Shown here: in pieces, positions 26,964 through 35,497 of the stretch
How the letters are laid out: each line of letters opens with the position of its first letter
Numbering within the stretch: the stretch's first letter is position 1
DNA from: Acidimicrobiales bacterium
GTDB taxonomy: Bacteria; Actinomycetota; Acidimicrobiia; Acidimicrobiales; Aldehydirespiratoraceae
Direction: 5' to 3'
Assembly (NCBI GenBank): GCA_965116665.1
Contig: OZ220709.1
Span: 2,132,062-2,196,061 of the forward strand
Length of the DNA: 64,000 nt
Notes under the pieces: generated by a model
What the model was told of the DNA's origin: nothing
Databases searched by the model: none
Seen by the model: the letters and a program-made list of their open reading frames with translations, nothing else
Made by a program: the position numbers and the translations under genes

Positions 26964-28166
26964 GTGCCTCACCGCGAGGCGCTCACACGCGGCTGCGGGA
27001 TCCCTGAGCCCGTGACCGTCGATGCTGCCACTCTGGCCGCTATCGGCCGGAGCGCCGGGCTGGGCGCGGTGGGGGTCTGCCGGGCTGATCCATTCAGAGA
27101 GGTCGCCCAGGTGCTGCACGAGCGCAAGCGGGCCGGGCTCCACGCCGGGATGCAGTTCACCTACCGCAACCCGAGTCGCTCTACCGACCCGGGGCGCCTG
27201 GTGCCCGGCGCGGCGGCACTGATCGTCGGGGCGCTCGAGTTCGACGCCGACGCCGGCGACCCGCCGAGCGACGCAGGCCCCTACGCCCGGGTGGCGGCCT
27301 ACGCGCGCGCCGATCACTACACCGCCCTGAGGGCTGCCCTGGAGACGATGGCCGAACCCCTGCGGGCCGCGGGGCACCGAGCGGTGGTATCGGCCGACGA
27401 GAACGGCCTCGTCGACCGGGCCGCCGCGCATCGGGCGGCCATCGGCTGGTGGGGCAAGAACTCGAACATCCTGGTGCCCAACCTCGGCAGTCTGGTGGTG
27501 CTCGGAGCCGTCGTCACCGACGCCCCGATCTCGCCGGAGGAGCCCGACGGTGCCGTGGCCGACGGCTGCGGATCGTGCCGCCAGTGCCTGGACGGCTGCC
27601 CGACAGGGGCGATCATCGCTCCAGGCACGGTCGACGCTCGACGTTGTCTGGCCTGGCTCGTGCAGACCGACGGCGTCTTCGACGCCGACTACCGGGTGGC
27701 GCTCGGCGACAGGATCTACGGGTGCGACGACTGCTCCGAAGTGTGCCCGCCTAACCGGGTACGGGTCCGCCTCACTCGTCGGGCCCGGCCTCGCGCCGAA
27801 CCCCTCACCGAGGCTGACCAATCGTCACCGCCGGTCGGCGGCGCATGGGTGCCGATCCTGGAGATGCTGGACGCAAGCGACGACGAGCTGCTGGCCGGCT
27901 TCGGACGCTGGTACATCCCGAGGCGCGATCCCCGCTACCTGCGCCGCAACGCCCTCGTGGTGCTGGCCAACGTGGGCGATCCGTCCGACCCCCGGGTGCG
28001 GGCTGCCGTCAATCGGGCGCTCTGCCACGACGACCCGCTGATACGGGCCCACGCTGTGTGGTGCGCCCGACGGCTGGGACTCGGACTCGAAGCGCTGTCG
28101 GGGCGCGACGACCCGCTGGTTGGAGCCGAACTGGCGCGACCTGTCCAGCCGCGAGACGCGGCGTGA
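26964..28166 (+). CDS. queG: tRNA epoxyqueuosine(34) reductase
   Basis: Contains two 4Fe-4S motifs (CGSCRQCLDGCPTGAI and CDDCSEVCPPN) and C-terminal HEAT-like repeats. The start is uncertain. Confidence 0.8.
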   Translation: MPHREALTRGCGIPEPVTVDAATLAAIGRSAGLGAVGVCRADPFREVAQVLHERKRAGLHAGMQFTYRNPSRSTDPGRLVPGAAALIVGALEFDADAGDPPSDAGPYARVAAYARADHYTALRAALETMAEPLRAAGHRAVVSADENGLVDRAAAHRAAIGWWGKNSNILVPNLGSLVVLGAVVTDAPISPEEPDGAVADGCGSCRQCLDGCPTGAIIAPGTVDARRCLAWLVQTDGVFDADYRVALGDRIYGCDDCSEVCPPNRVRVRLTRRARPRAEPLTEADQSSPPVGGAWVPILEMLDASDDELLAGFGRWYIPRRDPRYLRRNALVVLANVGDPSDPRVRAAVNRALCHDDPLIRAHAVWCARRLGLGLEALSGRDDPLVGAELARPVQPRDAA

Positions 28167-29335
28167 CCCGCCACCTCCTGGTCACCAACGACTTCCCTCC
28201 GAAGGTGGGCGGCATCCAGAACTACCTGTGGGAGCTGTGGAGGCGGCTGCCTCCTGAAGACGTCGTGGTCCACACCACGCCGTACGCCGGTTCGGCCGCG
28301 TTCGACGCCGAACAGCCCTTCACGGTGGTCCGTTCAACCGAGCCGTGGCTGCTGCCCGGCCCGCACCTGGCTCGCCGGGTCCGCCGCCTCGCCGAGCGCC
28401 ACGATGTCGACCTGGTGGTGATTGATCCAGCCCTCCCCGCGGGGCTGATCGGCCCGGGCCTGGGCCTGCCCTACGCGGTGGTGGTCCACGGGGCCGAGGT
28501 GGCCATCCCCGGCCGGCTGCCCGGGCTGCAGCGGCTGCTCCGGCGAGTGCTCGACTCCGCGGCGGGAGTGATCGCGGCGGGCGGCTACCCCGCTCTCGAG
28601 TGCGAGCGGGCGCTCAGCCGGCATGTGGCTGCGTTCGTGATCCCGCCGGGCGTCGACACCGAGCGGTTCAGCCCGGTGGGCGACCAGGAGCGCGTCGGGC
28701 TGCGCGGCCGCCTGGGACTCCGGCCCGACCGCTCGACGGTGGTGAGCGTGTCGCGACTGGTGCCCCGAAAGGGTATGGACACCCTGGTGCGGGCGGCCGC
28801 GGTCCTGGCCGCGCAGGGCCGCGATCTTCAGGTGGTGATCGCCGGGGACGGCCGGGAACGGGGCCGCCTGAATCGCCTGGCTGCCCGGACAGGTGCGCCG
28901 GTCAGATTGCTGGGACGGCTCGACGATGACGATGTGACCGCTCTGGTCGGGTGCGCGGACGTGTTCGCGATGCTGTGCCGAACCCGCTTGGGGGGCCTGG
29001 AGCAGGAAGGGTTCGGGATCGTGTTCCTGGAGGCGGCGGCCGCGGGCGTGCCCCAGGTGGCCGGGCGCAGCGGCGGAGCCCACGAGGCCGTGTCCAACGG
29101 CGAGACGGGAATCGTGCTCGACCCGGCAACCCCGGAGGCAGCGGCCACCGCCATCGGCTCGCTGCTGGACGACGGCGAGCGCCGCGCCCGGATGGGCGCC
29201 GCGGCGCGGCAGAGGGCTGTGACGACCTTCTCCTACGACCTCCTGGCCGATCGGCTGCGCCTGGCCATCGAGGAGATATCCAGGGGATCGCCGCGCCGGC
29301 CGGCGGACCGCGCCGTCTACCGCAAGCACGAGTGA
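28163..29335 (+). CDS. GT4-family glycosyltransferase (PimA/PimB-like mannosyltransferase)
   Basis: VTRHLLVTNDFPPKVGGIQNYLWEL N-terminus plus a C-terminal EGFGIVFLEAAAAGVPQV motif. GTG 28163 overlaps the queG stop (GTGA). The track ORF from 27845 is over-extended. Confidence 0.85.
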   Translation: MTRHLLVTNDFPPKVGGIQNYLWELWRRLPPEDVVVHTTPYAGSAAFDAEQPFTVVRSTEPWLLPGPHLARRVRRLAERHDVDLVVIDPALPAGLIGPGLGLPYAVVVHGAEVAIPGRLPGLQRLLRRVLDSAAGVIAAGGYPALECERALSRHVAAFVIPPGVDTERFSPVGDQERVGLRGRLGLRPDRSTVVSVSRLVPRKGMDTLVRAAAVLAAQGRDLQVVIAGDGRERGRLNRLAARTGAPVRLLGRLDDDDVTALVGCADVFAMLCRTRLGGLEQEGFGIVFLEAAAAGVPQVAGRSGGAHEAVSNGETGIVLDPATPEAAATAIGSLLDDGERRARMGAAARQRAVTTFSYDLLADRLRLAIEEISRGSPRRPADRAVYRKHE

Positions 29336-29403
29336 CGTTGTTAGGGTCATTCGCCACGCGGCCGCAACCAGGCCGCGGTCGTTGAGAAGCACTCCGAGGA
29401 GCG

Positions 29404-29868
29404 GTGCCCGCCGTGGTCGATCAGGCAACCCAGCGCACCACCATCATGGCCTCCCCCGAGCGCTGCTACGGCGCGGCCACCGACTTCGAGCAGTACCCGC
29501 GATGGGCACACGACATCAAGGAGGCGAAGATCGTCGCCCGGGACCGCGACGGACGGGCCGTCGATGTGGAATACCGGGTCACAGCGATGGGCCGCTCCAC
29601 GACGTACACGCTCAGGTACTTCTACGGGTCGGACCCTCTGCGTCTGGCGTGGCGGCTCCAGCGGGGAGACGCCACTACCAGGCTCGACGGCGAATACGAG
29701 TTCGTGCCCTTGCCCGGAGAGACCGACGTCACCGAGGTGACCTACCAGCTTGCGGTCGAGTTGGCCGTACCCTTGCCCAGCTTCGTGAAGCGGCGGGCCG
29801 AATCGCGCATCATGCACACCGCGCTGGACGAGCTGAAGGGCTACGTGGAAGCGGGCACCCGAACCTGA
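29404..29868 (+). CDS. SRPBCC (cyclase/dehydrase-like) family protein
   Basis: 154 aa. Motifs: A.PERCYGAATDFEQYPRWAHDIKEAKIV.. and EYEF.P.....T.VTYQL. Confidence 0.7.
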   Translation: MPAVVDQATQRTTIMASPERCYGAATDFEQYPRWAHDIKEAKIVARDRDGRAVDVEYRVTAMGRSTTYTLRYFYGSDPLRLAWRLQRGDATTRLDGEYEFVPLPGETDVTEVTYQLAVELAVPLPSFVKRRAESRIMHTALDELKGYVEAGTRT

Positions 29869-29880
29869 GCGGGACCCTCT

Positions 29881-29977
29881 GAGGCCGAGCGAAAGGCAGC
29901 GAGTAATGATGGTCTCCGGACGCGCCGAGCGAGGCCGTGGCCCGAGCGGCCCGTGAGCGCAGCGAACAAGAGCGGGA
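29881..29977 (+). repeat. Single (rearranged) copy of the dispersed repeat family, directly upstream of the ROK kinase gene
   Basis: GAGGCCGTGGCCCGAGCGGCCCGTGAGCGCAGCGAACAAGAGCGGGA (29931-29977) is the reverse complement of the core of the 23.6-kb array. GAGGCCGAGCG at 29881 matches another part of the unit. Confidence 0.75.
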
Positions 29978-29990
29978 AACCTTAGGCATC

Positions 29991-30932
29991 ATGTACTGCG
30001 GCTTGGATATCGGCGGGACCAAGGTGCTGGGTGTGGCCGTCCACCCCAGCGATCCCACCACCCCCGTCGCGGTGCGGCGCGACACCACGACAGCCGACAG
30101 CGAGGCGCTGGTCGAGACGATCAGGCGCATGGTCGCCGGTCTCGAGGCCGAGTGCAGCGCCCCGTTCTCGGCGGTCGGTGTCGGCATCGCCGGACTGGTC
30201 GATTCCGATGGGGTGCTCAAGTACTCGCCCAACATCGACGGCGTCCTGGACCTCGACCTTCGTCGCCGCCTGCGGGCGGAATGGCGACGGCCCGTGGTGG
30301 TCGAGAACGAGGCCACCGCCGCGGCCTGGGCCGAGTCCCTCCACGGAGCGGCCCGGGGCTCACGGCATGTGGCCCTCGTGGCGCTGGGCACCGGGCTGGG
30401 AACCGGGTTCGTGTTCGACGGGAGGCTCTACCGGGGCTGGAACGGCTTCGCGGGCGAGTCCGGGCACATGACTATCGAGATGTCGGGCCCCGAGCATGTC
30501 ACCGGCGCGCCCGGACCATGGGAGTACTACGCGTCGGGGACCGGTCTCGGTCGCCTGGCCCGCCAAGCTGCCGCGAGGGGCGATTTCGACAGCGCCCTCG
30601 ACGAAGCCGGCTCCCTCAGCGCCATCCGGGGCGAGCATGTCCACGCGCTGGTCGCGAAGGGCGACCCGGACGCGCTTGTCGTTCTCGACGAGTTCTGCCG
30701 GTGCGCCGCGGTGGGCGTGGCCAACATCGTGCACGTGCTCGACCCGGAGGTGATCGTCATCGCGGGGGGCCTCATCGACATCGGCGAGCCGCTGGTGCGG
30801 GGCATGGAGTCGTGGACTCACCGTCTGGTGCTCGGCGGCGACCAGCGGCGGAACGTGCAGATCGTGCCGGCGCGGTTCGGCAGCCGGGCCGGTGCCATCG
30901 GAGCTGCCCTGCTCGCCTCGGAAGCGCTCTGA
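29991..30932 (+). CDS. ROK-family sugar kinase (glucokinase-like)
   Basis: MYCGLDIGGTK N-terminus. Motifs: VVENEATAAAWAE, ALGTGLGTG, GFAGESGHM. The track start at 29937 lies inside the repeat. Confidence 0.85.
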   Translation: MYCGLDIGGTKVLGVAVHPSDPTTPVAVRRDTTTADSEALVETIRRMVAGLEAECSAPFSAVGVGIAGLVDSDGVLKYSPNIDGVLDLDLRRRLRAEWRRPVVVENEATAAAWAESLHGAARGSRHVALVALGTGLGTGFVFDGRLYRGWNGFAGESGHMTIEMSGPEHVTGAPGPWEYYASGTGLGRLARQAAARGDFDSALDEAGSLSAIRGEHVHALVAKGDPDALVVLDEFCRCAAVGVANIVHVLDPEVIVIAGGLIDIGEPLVRGMESWTHRLVLGGDQRRNVQIVPARFGSRAGAIGAALLASEAL

Positions 30933-31960
30933 TGCGGGTCGGGATCCTCACCGGGGGAGGCGACTGTCCCGGGCTCAACGCGGTGATCAGAGCGGTGGTG
31001 CGCAAGGCTGAACGCCACTACGGCGACGAGGTCATCGGCTTCCGCGACGGGTGGAGGGGCGTGGTGGACAACCACTGGATGTCGCTCGATGTGGAGTCCT
31101 GCCGGGGCCTGCTGCCGAAGGGAGGCACTGTGCTCGGGACCTCCCGTCACACTCCGTTCAGCCTCCCGGACGGTATGGCCCGCGCCACCGAGACCATCCA
31201 CACGCTGGCACTGGAGGCGCTCATAGCCATCGGCGGCGAGGGCACGCTGTCGTGCGGGTGCGAGATGTCCGATCGGGGCTTCGACGTGGTCGGGGTGCCC
31301 AAGACGATCGACAACGATGTCGCCATGACCGAGCGGACCTTCGGGTTCGACACCGCCATAACCGTTGCCACCGATGCCATCGACCGTCTCCACACGACCG
31401 CGGAGAGCCACGACCGGGTGATCTTCGTCGAGGTGATGGGGCGCAATGTGGGCCACATCGCTACTTGGGCCGGGATTGCCGGGGGCGCCGCCTACATTCT
31501 CGTGCCCGAGGAGCCCTTCGATCTCGACGACCTGTGCGGGGCTCTACTGCGGCGCCAGCGCAGAGGCCGCTTCGCATCCATAGTGGTGGTAGCAGAGGGC
31601 GCCCGGCCCCGGCCCGGCACCCTGGAGGTGGCAGAGCCCTCGATCGACGCCTACGGGCACAAGCGTCTGGGCGGGATCGCCAACATCATCGCGGCGGAGG
31701 TCGAGGCTCGCACCGGGCTCGAGACGCGGGTCACCATCCTCGGACATGTGCAGCGGGGCGGCACGCCCACGCCGTCGGACCGGGTGCTCGCAACCCGTTT
31801 CGGGGTGGCGGCCATCGACGCTGTCCATGACGGTGCCTTCGGGCAGATGGTCGCGCTGCGCAACGGCGCCATCGAGCGGGTGTCCCTGCGGGACGCGACC
31901 GCGAAGCTCAAGCCCGTGAGCGACGACCTGCTCGGCGTGGCCCACACGTTCTTCTCCTGA
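30932..31960 (+). CDS. pfkA: 6-phosphofructokinase
   Basis: Motifs: MRVGILTGGGDCPGLNAVIRAVV, IGGEGTL, PKTIDNDV, MGR..G, LGHVQRGG. The ATG overlaps the ROK stop (TGATG). The 602-aa track ORF is over-extended. Confidence 0.9.
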   Translation: MRVGILTGGGDCPGLNAVIRAVVRKAERHYGDEVIGFRDGWRGVVDNHWMSLDVESCRGLLPKGGTVLGTSRHTPFSLPDGMARATETIHTLALEALIAIGGEGTLSCGCEMSDRGFDVVGVPKTIDNDVAMTERTFGFDTAITVATDAIDRLHTTAESHDRVIFVEVMGRNVGHIATWAGIAGGAAYILVPEEPFDLDDLCGALLRRQRRGRFASIVVVAEGARPRPGTLEVAEPSIDAYGHKRLGGIANIIAAEVEARTGLETRVTILGHVQRGGTPTPSDRVLATRFGVAAIDAVHDGAFGQMVALRNGAIERVSLRDATAKLKPVSDDLLGVAHTFFS

Positions 31961-31981
31961 GCCCTCCGCTCGCGCGGGGCG

Positions 31982-32677
31982 TCAGGCGTCCTCGACGTCG
32001 GGGGAAGTAGTGGTGGTCGTCGGGGCGAAGTCGGGTTGGAACTGCTCGTACGCGCTGGTCCGCAGCACCGACCCGGGCTCGGCGTCGGCATCGCTGGTGG
32101 GGACCGACACCTCCTCGCCGTCAAGCAGGATCCTGACCCCGTCGACGCCCTCGGTCGCCGCCGCGGTGAACACGAGCTGGGCCGCCGCGAACCGCAACTC
32201 GTCGGCCGAGGGTGCCGAGTCCTCGCCCTCCGGCGACTGGTGCACGATGTCGATGGTGGCGACCCCGTCGATGACGGTGGCGCTCAGGATCTCGAACAGC
32301 TCCAAGGTGTTGAAGTACCCGGCGTCGGACTCCTCGGCCAGGGTGGCCTCTCCGAACAGCGAGTCCAGCACCTCGCCGAGAGTGGCGTTGCGGTCCACCT
32401 GGCGCTCCACTTCGACCACGATCGTGCGCTCGATGTCCTGCGGGTTGGTCAGAAGGTAGACGGACCGGGACTCCGTCAGGGGAGCGGGAACGGTGGTGGT
32501 CGTCGTGGCCGTGAACCCGGGCCTGAGCGTCTCGGGAAGGTCTTCGGGGTCGATCGCATGGGCCTCATCGTCGGTGGGGAGGCCACAGCCGCCGGCCGCG
32601 ACCGCAGCCAGCAACAGGACCGCTAGCCCACCAGCGGCACGGCGCCGCCGGCGACGGAGCAGGACGGGCAGCCTCAC
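31982..32677 (-). CDS. Lipoprotein, GerMN/LpqB-like (short form)
   Basis: 231 aa. Signal peptide with lipobox-like AAGGC. The GTG start overlaps the histidine kinase stop, so this gene occupies the third position of an mtrA-mtrB-lpqB-type operon. Confidence 0.65.
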   Translation of the reverse strand: MRLPVLLRRRRRRAAGGLAVLLLAAVAAGGCGLPTDDEAHAIDPEDLPETLRPGFTATTTTTVPAPLTESRSVYLLTNPQDIERTIVVEVERQVDRNATLGEVLDSLFGEATLAEESDAGYFNTLELFEILSATVIDGVATIDIVHQSPEGEDSAPSADELRFAAAQLVFTAAATEGVDGVRILLDGEEVSVPTSDADAEPGSVLRTSAYEQFQPDFAPTTTTTSPDVEDA

Positions 32678-34179
32678 AGCGCCGACGTCTCCTCCCGCTC
32701 CTCATCCGGTACCGGGTCCGGCACCGGCAGCTCGACCACGAAGCGGGCACCGCGGGTCGAGTTCGGGCGGTCCTCCACCCAGACCCGGCCGCCGTGCAGC
32801 CCGACATGCTCGGCCACCAGGGCCAGACCGAGACCGGATCCCGAGTCGCGGCCCCGACGCCCGCCGGCCCGGCCGCGATGGAACCGGTCGAAGATCAGCT
32901 CGCGCTCTGCAGGGATCACTCCGGGCCCGTTGTCCTCGACGCCCAGCTGCACCAGACCGTCCACCCGCTCGAGGAGGACCAGCACCTTTCCGTCCCCGTA
33001 CTTGGAGGCGTTCTCGACCAGGTTCGACACCACCCGGCCCAGGCGGCGCTTGTCGGCCATCAACACGGTGTCCTCCATGCCGGAGGCCGCTTCGAAGTCG
33101 ACCTCCGCGGTCGAGTCGAGCCCGAACTGGAAGATGGCGTGCTGCACGAACTCCACGATGTGAATCTCCTCGGCCTCGAGGTCGGCGGTGCCCACGTCGT
33201 ACCGGTTGATCTCCAGCAGGTCCTCCACCAGCCGCCGGAAACGGGCGATGTCGTCGCTGAGCAGGTCCAGCGCAGTGCGACCGCGATCACCGAGGTCGTC
33301 GGCCATGTTGTAGAGCACCTCCACCGACGCGGTGAGAGTCATCAGCGGGGATCTCAACTCGTGGCTCACCTCGGACGCGAAGCGCGCGTCGCGGGCGATC
33401 CTCTCCTCGAGGGCCCGGGCCATCTCGTTGAACGAAGCGGTCAGCGAAGCCAGGTCTGCGTCGTCGGGTGGCGTCAGGCGGGTGTCCAGCGCACCCGCGG
33501 CCAGCGCCTCGGCGGCTGTCCGCACCTTGAACAGCGGGTTGAGCAGCCGGCCCGCGGCCCACCACCCGAAAGCGGCCGCGAACAGGGTGGTGACTGCGGC
33601 CACACCGAACAGGATGATGGCCAGCGTGTCCAGGGTGTCCTCGATATCGTCGAGGGGGGCGGCCTCGAAATAGATCGCGTTGGTAGGCGTGCCCGGTATG
33701 GGGACGCCGGAGACGATGGCGGTGCTGACGCCGATCGTGGTGCGCATTCGCGCCGGGATCCCCGACTCGACCAGCTCCAGCAGCGAGGCGGGCACCGCCT
33801 CCCGGTTGAAGACCAGCGGGTCGGCCGAGGTCCACTCATCGCCGACCCTCAGCAGCGGGAAGGTGCCCGAGGTCTGCCTGAGCCGCTCGACGATGGCTCG
33901 GCGGCCCTCGTCGTCGGTCTCAACCGTGAGCTCGTTGCGGACCCGCCGGCCGTTGTTGGCGAACACCGAGAAGGCGGTGTCGTCTCGCTCCTCCAGGAGG
34001 TTCTGGCGGGTGAGGGCCAGCGTGGCGAATGAGATCGTGGAGGCCAGCAACAGCCCGCCCACCGCGAACGCGGAGGTGATGCGGCGCCGGAGTCCCCTCC
34101 GGACGAAGAAGGGGAGGAAGATCGGGCGGCGCACCGGGGTCCGGCCCCTAGAGGTCCCGCTCTTGCTCGCTGCGCTCAC
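32674..34179 (-). CDS. mtrB: Sensor histidine kinase, MtrB-like
   Basis: Contains two TM segments, a HAMP domain, an H-box (FASEVSHELRSPL), N (NLVENASKY), G1 (VEDNGPGV) and G2 (GSGLGLALV). The start is uncertain: GTG 34179 lies inside the repeat, and GTG 34134 is an alternative. Confidence 0.85.
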   Translation of the reverse strand: MSAASKSGTSRGRTPVRRPIFLPFFVRRGLRRRITSAFAVGGLLLASTISFATLALTRQNLLEERDDTAFSVFANNGRRVRNELTVETDDEGRRAIVERLRQTSGTFPLLRVGDEWTSADPLVFNREAVPASLLELVESGIPARMRTTIGVSTAIVSGVPIPGTPTNAIYFEAAPLDDIEDTLDTLAIILFGVAAVTTLFAAAFGWWAAGRLLNPLFKVRTAAEALAAGALDTRLTPPDDADLASLTASFNEMARALEERIARDARFASEVSHELRSPLMTLTASVEVLYNMADDLGDRGRTALDLLSDDIARFRRLVEDLLEINRYDVGTADLEAEEIHIVEFVQHAIFQFGLDSTAEVDFEAASGMEDTVLMADKRRLGRVVSNLVENASKYGDGKVLVLLERVDGLVQLGVEDNGPGVIPAERELIFDRFHRGRAGGRRGRDSGSGLGLALVAEHVGLHGGRVWVEDRPNSTRGARFVVELPVPDPVPDEEREETSAL

Positions 34180-34282
34180 GGGCCGCTCGGGCCCGAGGTC
34201 CGCTCTTGCTCGCTGCGCTCAGGGGCCGCTCGGGCCTGTGCTCCGCTCTTGCTCGCTGCGCTCACGGGCCGCTCGGGCCCGG
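34153..34282 (-). repeat. Three tandem copies (about 43 bp) of the dispersed repeat core, between mtrA and mtrB
   Basis: (G)GTCC(C)GCTCTTGCTCGCTGCGCTCA(C/G)GGGCCGCTCGGGCC occurs three times. It is followed at 34321-34339 by CCTCCGCTCGGCCTCT, which is also part of the 23.6-kb unit. Confidence 0.85.
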
Positions 34283-34335
34283 GGGCCTCGCTCTGGACTC
34301 CTCTGGTCACCGTGCTTGACACCTCCGCTCGGCCT

Positions 34336-35016
34336 CTAGGGCACGAGCTTGTAGCCGAGCCCGCGCACCGTCACCACATGGCGGGGGTTGGCCGGATCGG
34401 GCTCGATCTTGGTGCGGAGCCGGCGCACGTGCACGTCCACCAGCCGCCCGTCCCCGAAGTATCCGAGGCCCCACACCCGCTCCAGCAGGACTTCGCGGCT
34501 GAAGATGTTCCCCGGGTTGGAGGCCAGCTCGACCAGCAGGCGGAATTCGGTCTTGGTGAGGTGGGCCTCGACGCCCGACACTCGAACTATGCCCGCGTCG
34601 GGCAGGATCTCGAGGTCATTGAAGACGATCTCGTCCGCGCCGGCGTCGGAGGCGCGGGCCCTGCGCAGAAGGGCCCTTATGCGGGCCGACAGTTCCTTGG
34701 GCGCGAAGGGCTTGGTCAGGTAGTCGTCGGCCCCTGCCTCGAGCCCGGCGACCACGTCGTGAGTGTCCGAGCGGGCTGTGATCATCACGATGGGCACGTC
34801 GCTCGACTTGCGGATGGCCCGGCATATGTCGAAGCCGTCGATGCCGGGCAGCATGATGTCCACCAGCACGACGTCGGCGGGAACACGGCCGAACGCGATC
34901 AGCGCCTCCTCGCCCGAGGCGACCTCGTCCACCTCCCAGCCCTCGTCCTCGAGCGCGAGGCGCAGCGCGGTACGGATCCGCTCATCGTCCTCCACGGTGA
35001 GGATGCGGGTCGTCAT
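34336..35016 (-). CDS. mtrA: OmpR-family response regulator, MtrA-like
   Basis: MTTRILTVEDDERIRTAL.. receiver domain (phospho-acceptor region VLVDIMLPGIDG, TKPF) plus a winged-helix output domain (LTKTEFRLL..VDVHVRRLRTKIE..VRGLGYKL). ATG at 35016. Confidence 0.9.
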   Translation of the reverse strand: MTTRILTVEDDERIRTALRLALEDEGWEVDEVASGEEALIAFGRVPADVVLVDIMLPGIDGFDICRAIRKSSDVPIVMITARSDTHDVVAGLEAGADDYLTKPFAPKELSARIRALLRRARASDAGADEIVFNDLEILPDAGIVRVSGVEAHLTKTEFRLLVELASNPGNIFSREVLLERVWGLGYFGDGRLVDVHVRRLRTKIEPDPANPRHVVTVRGLGYKLVP

Positions 35017-35333
35017 CGCCGGTGACCCCCGCCGGAACGATGGCCGCCGCCGGATGGGTCGGCTGAGCCGGCAGGCGACCGGGCCCGCCATTCAGCGGCC
35101 GCCCTCAGAGTCAGCACGGCCACGATTCCCGTTCCGATCGCGGCGATCACCGCTGTGCCCAGCCCGACCAGCCCCGCAGTGGTGGTGCAGCCGTCGTCGC
35201 AGCCCAGGTCCATCACCGCGAATCCGATCAGGCCCCCGCAGACCCCGGCCACGATGATGGCCGAGAACGCCAGCACCCGGGCCGTCAGCGAGGGTGAGGA
35301 GTCCGGCGGTACGGCGTGGGGATGGTCCAGCAC
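35013..35333 (-). CDS. Small hypothetical membrane protein, translationally coupled to mtrA
   Basis: 106 aa with two hydrophobic segments. Its stop overlaps the mtrA ATG (ATGA). GC3 bias present. Confidence 0.55.
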   Translation of the reverse strand: MLDHPHAVPPDSSPSLTARVLAFSAIIVAGVCGGLIGFAVMDLGCDDGCTTTAGLVGLGTAVIAAIGTGIVAVLTLRAAAEWRARSPAGSADPSGGGHRSGGGHRR

Positions 35334-35497
35334 CGACTGAATCCTAACCGAGCCCCGGCGAGGCCCGAGAGAGCATGCAGCAGCACGCCAACAGCGTCGG
35401 CTCAGCCAGCGGTCAATGTCAGCTGCCCGCCCCGTGCGGGGCAGACGGAGGCTGGGGATTTGGGATTCTTTGGGCTGCCGAGGAGGTCGGGTCGGTC

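Noticed and set aside
30152-31960. 602-aa ORF
   Set aside because: The N-terminal ~260 aa is an out-of-frame read of the ROK gene. The real pfk starts at ATG 30932 (MRVGILTGGGDCPGLN).
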